Positions 60,204-64,000 of a DNA stretch of 64,000 bases are shown here, in pieces. Made by a program: the position numbers and the translations under genes. Where the stretch lies: the NCBI GenBank assembly GCA_963666275.2, contig CAXXOA010000003.1, forward strand, positions 128,001 to 192,000, in the 5' to 3' direction. The first letter of the stretch is position 1. The number at the start of each line of letters is the position of its first letter. The notes under the pieces were generated by a model. The model saw only the letters and a program-made list of their open reading frames with translations. It was not told the DNA's origin and made no database searches. The stretch comes from Oceanispirochaeta sp. (lineage in GTDB: Bacteria; Spirochaetota; Spirochaetia; DSM-2461).

Positions 60204-61526
60204 ATGGAGAAACCAGCCTTGAACGAATCTATGATGGATTTGATTCTGTCGCAAGATAACATGCGTGATGCCTGGAAACGGGTCAAACGCAACGGTGGAA
60301 GTCCGGGGATTGATGATATATCAATCTCTCAATTTCCTGATTACCTTAAAAATCGGTGGCCAAGAATCAAACGAGCTTTGCTCAATGGGTACTATGTACC
60401 TTCTCCGGTGCTGAGGGTGGAAATCCCGAAGAAATCCGGAGGCTGGTCGCAAACAAGTTTGCTGCTCGCCCATGCAACCGGGGGAAAACGGATGCTGGGA
60501 ATCCCGACAGTTCTAGACAGGGTTATCCAGCAGGCTATTTCACAGGTTCTGAATCCCATATTTGATCCGGATTTCTCGGAGCATAGCTATGGATTCAGAC
60601 CGGGAAGATCGGCTCACGGAGCAGTGAAACAGGTAAATCAACATGTCAAATCCGGGTATAGATACGCCGTGGATCTGGACTTGGAAAAGTTCTTTGATAC
60701 AGTTAATCATGATATCCTGATGCATTTTGTGGCTGTAAAAGTCTGGGACAAATCTGTCCTCAGACTCATCGGCCGTTACCTGAGAGCCGGTATTCAGTTG
60801 GACAATGGAAAAGTGATTCCTACAGACATCGGCACACCCCAAGGCGGGCCCTTATCACCTCTGCTTTCCAATATCCTCCTTGATCGGTTGGATATGGAAC
60901 TGGAGAGAAGAAATGTGAGGTTCGCACGGTATGCAGATGACACTATCCTTTTAACGAAGAGATTGTGTGATGCTAGGAAGATCCTACAGGAAGTTTCAAT
61001 ATTTCTGGTAAGGAAATTGAAATTGGTAGTGAATCAGGAGAAAACGAAAGTTGCAAAGATAAGGGAGTGCAGTTTCCTGGGATTCACATTCAAGGGTAAG
61101 AAGATTCGCTGGACAGAGTCGTCCTTTGAGGATTTTCGGTATCATCTGAAATATCTGACAAGGCGTTCCTGGGGTGTTTCCATGGAATACAGAATCGGGA
61201 AACTCAATGAGTATATCCGGGGCTGGATGAACTACTATGGGATCTCCCAATATTACAGCCCTATACAGAATCTTGATGACTGGCTCCGTAGGAGGATTCG
61301 CATGTGCTACTGGAAACAGTGGCGATATCCCAGAACGAAAGTCAGGAAACTGATGGAACTGGGAATTCCGAAAGATTTTGCCATTATCACCGGTGCCAGT
61401 AGTAAATCCTATTGGCATCTCTCCAAGTCTTACGCTACCAATGCAGCTATGTCCAATAAATGGCTGGAAGAGCAGGGATTGGTCAATATCAAATATCTGT
61501 GGTGTAAAGCCCAGGGATATATCTGA
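60204..61526 (+). CDS. ltrA: Group II intron reverse transcriptase/maturase (class C, no endonuclease domain)
   Basis: SPGID, LGIPTVLDRVIQQA, SYGFRPGRS, GTPQGGPLSPLL, RYADD, GWMNYY, YWKQW. Confidence 0.96.
   Translation: MEKPALNESMMDLILSQDNMRDAWKRVKRNGGSPGIDDISISQFPDYLKNRWPRIKRALLNGYYVPSPVLRVEIPKKSGGWSQTSLLLAHATGGKRMLGIPTVLDRVIQQAISQVLNPIFDPDFSEHSYGFRPGRSAHGAVKQVNQHVKSGYRYAVDLDLEKFFDTVNHDILMHFVAVKVWDKSVLRLIGRYLRAGIQLDNGKVIPTDIGTPQGGPLSPLLSNILLDRLDMELERRNVRFARYADDTILLTKRLCDARKILQEVSIFLVRKLKLVVNQEKTKVAKIRECSFLGFTFKGKKIRWTESSFEDFRYHLKYLTRRSWGVSMEYRIGKLNEYIRGWMNYYGISQYYSPIQNLDDWLRRRIRMCYWKQWRYPRTKVRKLMELGIPKDFAIITGASSKSYWHLSKSYATNAAMSNKWLEEQGLVNIKYLWCKAQGYI
60440..60481. repeat. 42-bp hairpin mini-element, variant B (in frame within the RT gene)
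   Basis: AGGCTGGTCGCAAACAAGTTTGCTGCTCGCCCATGCAACCGG; removing it restores EIPKKSGGKRMLGIP. Confidence 0.8.
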
Positions 61527-61660
61527 TCAAATCAGGATTTCGTTTGCTCCATGGAGTGAACCGCCCCGTGCGGACCCGCATGCGGGGTGGTGTGGGGGCT
61601 GGAGGTTAAAAGCCTCCGGCTACCCGATTTATCTAGCCCTCATATTTTCTGTTCAGTAAT

Positions 61661-61981
61661 TTAAGATGTGAGTCTATAATCCAGAATATGTGGTTCTCTT
61701 TCTAACAACTCTAATAATATTTTTGTTGAACCTGTGGGTGTTCGTTTTCCCTGTTCCCATTGCCTAACCGATGATGCACTTACATTGAGTAATTTCGCAA
61801 ATACTGCCTGACTAAGATGTATTGATTCTCGTATTTTCTTTATATCTTCTGCTGAAACATTTACTTCAGGTATGTTAATTCCCAGTGATTTTAATTCCTT
61901 GTCAGTGAAGGATGTGGGAAGACCTGCATCGATTAGATCTTGTACAGTTTCGGCAATAGAATCTTTTATTGAATCTCTCAT
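61661..61981 (-). CDS. HTH (XRE) antitoxin, HigA-like
   Basis: IRESIHLSQAVFAKLLNVSASSVRQWEQGKRTP. Confidence 0.9.
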   Translation of the reverse strand: MRDSIKDSIAETVQDLIDAGLPTSFTDKELKSLGINIPEVNVSAEDIKKIRESIHLSQAVFAKLLNVSASSVRQWEQGKRTPTGSTKILLELLEREPHILDYRLTS

Positions 61982-61982
61982 A

Positions 61983-62351
61983 CTATTCCCCTATTATCTG
62001 CAAAGCATTATTTTTTATGGCAGTATCTAGTTGCTTATTGTTCAAATTTAATAAATCTTTGCCAATTTTCTTGAAATACTCCAATTCTTTACTGGAGATA
62101 TTATCCATTTCATTCTTCGAAAAACCATATATAAATACAGCTCTGTCATTTTCTTTAAAGACCAGAATTGTCCTGAAACCTCCACTTTTACCGGAACCTT
62201 TCCTGGCGATTCTGACTTTGAATATATTGGATCCGAGTTTGACCGATGATAAATCTGATTCAAGATTACCGATAGCATCCTGAAGATTCTTATCAGCAAT
62301 ATCATTCTTTTTCGCCCATTTGGTGAACCATTTAGTTTTCAGTTTCTTCAC
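61983..62351 (-). CDS. RelE/HigB-family toxin
   Basis: TKWFTKWAKK, KVRIARKGSGKSGGFR, FIYGFSKNE; toxin-first gene order. Confidence 0.9.
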   Translation of the reverse strand: MKKLKTKWFTKWAKKNDIADKNLQDAIGNLESDLSSVKLGSNIFKVRIARKGSGKSGGFRTILVFKENDRAVFIYGFSKNEMDNISSKELEYFKKIGKDLLNLNNKQLDTAIKNNALQIIGE

Positions 62352-62357
62352 AATTCA

Positions 62358-62386
62358 AATATAACACATTGTGGTATAGCAGTCAT
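62358..62386 (-). promoter_or_regulatory. TA promoter with overlapping operator palindrome
   Basis: ATGACT-17 nt-TATATT on the minus strand, 6 nt before the GTG start; palindrome TATAACACA-T-TGTGGTATA at 62360-62378. Confidence 0.65.
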
Positions 62387-62679
62387 GATCTATTTTAGTT
62401 TACTTATATGATTATTTATGTGATCCAATTCAGAAAGTAGTTTTTCATTGCTTTGGTATTATTCTGATTGTACAAACTCGGAGTGTTTTATTACTATCTC
62501 TTGCACCTGCGGTTTTCTATTTAAATGGATTGATCCAGGATAATGATGTTCATAGCATTCATTCCAATTCTCATGGTTATATCTATATATTTCTTCCATC
62601 TTCCGAAGGAAGATTTAAATGATTATAAATTTGAAGAGAGAATCAGTTTAGAAAAATCAATTATCTGATAGCCAATGCT

Positions 62680-62779
62680 AGATAACGCCCGCATCAGCTG
62701 CAATTTTGTCCCGTAGGGTTGGCGACCTTATTGAGTATTCAAAAAGGGTGACAAAAAAATTGTCAGTTGCATGCGCTTG
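62680..62779 (-). other. attC site interrupted by intron copy 2
   Basis: AGATAACGCCCGCATCAGCTGCAATTTTGTC pairs with GACAAAAAAATTGTCAGTTGCATGCGCTTG, with extrahelical C and T on the 3' arm; GCTAGATAAC is the complement of G/TTATCTAGC at 61629. Confidence 0.88.
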
Positions 62780-63385
62780 GTACGCCCGACATGGCAATAA
62801 ACTTATGAGGTGAAAGTCCTCTACAGCTACCCACGTATAGTAAACATGCTATACCAACTGTTAGCCGACGGCAAGGGCAATTCCGTGAGGAATTGTCTGG
62901 AGGAAGCCTGAGTGCAAAACCGGGAGCCCATGCACAAGAATGTGATAGAAGGCCCAGTTCCGGAGGCGAGTCAGCCAATGATGACGATGCCCCGTGGGTG
63001 AGGGATAGGGTAAATCACAGGGTTGTCCGGGGAATGTTTCTTGTCTTATTCGGGGAGATCTGTCTGCAAGGCGGTAACGTCGGTTTGACCGTGAGAATCC
63101 GGAGGATACCGGAGCAACAAGTCCAGGCCTATCAGGGGGTGACACTCTGATAAGGAGCCGTTTATACGGAACACAAAGAAGTCGTCACAGCGCTTCAAAC
63201 CGGATGATACAGCGTCAGCAGGAGTAATTCTACTGATAAGCGGACAGAAGTCAGCAGAAGGCATAGTAGCTAACGCCCGGAGTAATGTCCGGTTCATGGT
63301 GAAGGCCTGAACATTTCACAAGGAGGAGCCTTATGGTTCTCAAAGGAACAATTTCAGTTTATGCCGGAATCACTTTTGGCGGACC

Positions 63386-64000
63386 ATGGAGAAACCAGCC
63401 TTGAACGAATCTATGATGGATTTGATTTTATCCTCTGAGAATATGCACAAAGCCTGGAAACAGGTCAAACGCAATGGAGGTAGCCCTGGAATCGACGGTA
63501 TCACTGTCGAGAAGTTTCCAGGATATCTGAAAACCAGATGGCCTAGAATCAAACGAGCTTTGCTCAACGGGTACTATGTACCTTCTCCGGTGCTGAGGGT
63601 AGAAATCCCGAAGAAATCCGGAGGCTGGTCGCAAACAAGTTTGCTGCTCGCCCATGCAACCGGGGGAAAACGGATGCTGGGAATCCCGACAGTTCTAGAC
63701 AGGGTTATCCAGCAGGCTATTTCACAGGTTCTGAATCCCATATTTGATCCGGATTTCTCGGAGCATAGCTATGGATTCAGACCGGGAAGATCGGCTCACG
63801 GAGCAGTGAAACAGGTAAATCAACATGTCAAATCCGGGTATAGATACGCCGTGGATCTGGACTTGGAAAAGTTCTTTGATACAGTTAATCATGATATCCT
63901 GATGCATTTTGTGGCTGTAAAAGTCCGGGACAAATCTGTCCTCAGACTCATCGGCCGTTACCTGAGAGCCGGTATTCAGTTGGACAATGGAAAAGTGATT
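63386..64000 (+). CDS. ltrA: Group II intron RT/maturase, copy 2 (partial)
   Basis: MEKPALNESMMDLILSSENMHKAWKQVKRNGGSPGID..., open to the window end. Confidence 0.93.
   Translation, partial: MEKPALNESMMDLILSSENMHKAWKQVKRNGGSPGIDGITVEKFPGYLKTRWPRIKRALLNGYYVPSPVLRVEIPKKSGGWSQTSLLLAHATGGKRMLGIPTVLDRVIQQAISQVLNPIFDPDFSEHSYGFRPGRSAHGAVKQVNQHVKSGYRYAVDLDLEKFFDTVNHDILMHFVAVKVRDKSVLRLIGRYLRAGIQLDNGKVI
63622..63663. repeat. 42-bp hairpin mini-element, variant B (copy 2 RT gene)
   Basis: Identical to 60440-60481. Confidence 0.8.

Larger units (their letters stand above)
59455..61628 (+). mobile_element. Group IIC-attC intron, copy 1 (complete, 2174 bp)
   Basis: 5' GTACGCCTGACATGGC; domain V GAACCGCCCCGTGCGGACCCGCATGCGGGGTGGTGTGGGGG with CGC triad; ends CCCGAT; sits right after the attC stem on the bottom strand. 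Confidence 0.93.
58051..61634 (-). other. attC site split by an IS3 element and a group IIC intron
   Basis: Removing both inserts gives GTAGAACGCCCAAATCTGCTGCAGACCGTTAAGCTGGCGTG...CATGATCAGTAGGACTGACAGTAGCATTTGCTTG/TTATCT, sharing GCAGACCGTTAAGCTGGCGTG with the attC at 55926. Confidence 0.88.
54645..64000 (-). mobile_element. Integron-type gene cassette array (distal part; intI/attI not in window)
   Basis: Co-oriented AT-rich ORFs separated by attC-like imperfect palindromes; each cassette's two ends are complementary. Confidence 0.88.
62780..64000 (+). mobile_element. Group IIC-attC intron, copy 2 (runs off the right edge)
   Basis: GTACGCCCGACATGGC start, near-identical to copy 1, same CTTG/ junction. 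Confidence 0.93.

Noticed and set aside
54645..62779. CRISPR array
   Set aside because: Repeats are ~100-160-bp imperfect palindromes separated by whole genes; no short regular repeat-spacer pattern and no cas genes
60204..64000. RT genes as a retron, DGR or defence RT
   Set aside because: Domain V/VI RNA, maturase motifs and attC insertion identify group IIC introns; differences between copies are not adenine-specific as in DGR TR/VR pairs

Overview
Window from an anaerobic, probably marine or halotolerant spirochaete-like bacterium (inferred from gene content and signal-peptide style). Bases 1-54,450 are mostly metabolic and housekeeping genes: two MCPs; a FadR/GntR regulator next to a Ni-permease-hypB-FeS flavoprotein-hypA-DUF5692 cluster with no hydrogenase or urease in view; KtrAB with an extra N-terminal voltage-sensor-like segment; pflB/pflA; a BMP-type nucleoside ABC system; an AT-richer sigma-54 polyol (tetritol-like) catabolic locus whose sensor kinase is an ABC-ATPase-PAS-HK fusion; ablAB; and an RDD-SpoIIM-DUF4129-DUF4350-MoxR-DUF58 operon. 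From about 54,645 to the end lies the distal part of an integron-type cassette array. Its cassettes are on the minus strand, no intI is in the window, and most attC cores are non-canonical (GTAGAAC...GTTCTAC). The array carries two group IIC-attC introns, a 24-bp remnant of a third, and an IS3-family element inserted in an attC. Cassettes include a HigBA-type TA pair and a DUF3800 + putative nuclease pair with a convergent small RNA that has its own promoter and terminator. The introns themselves contain a 42-bp hairpin mini-element at two different sites and a 92-bp insertion flanked by a 9-bp duplication. All family assignments come from motif recognition by eye; no searches were run.
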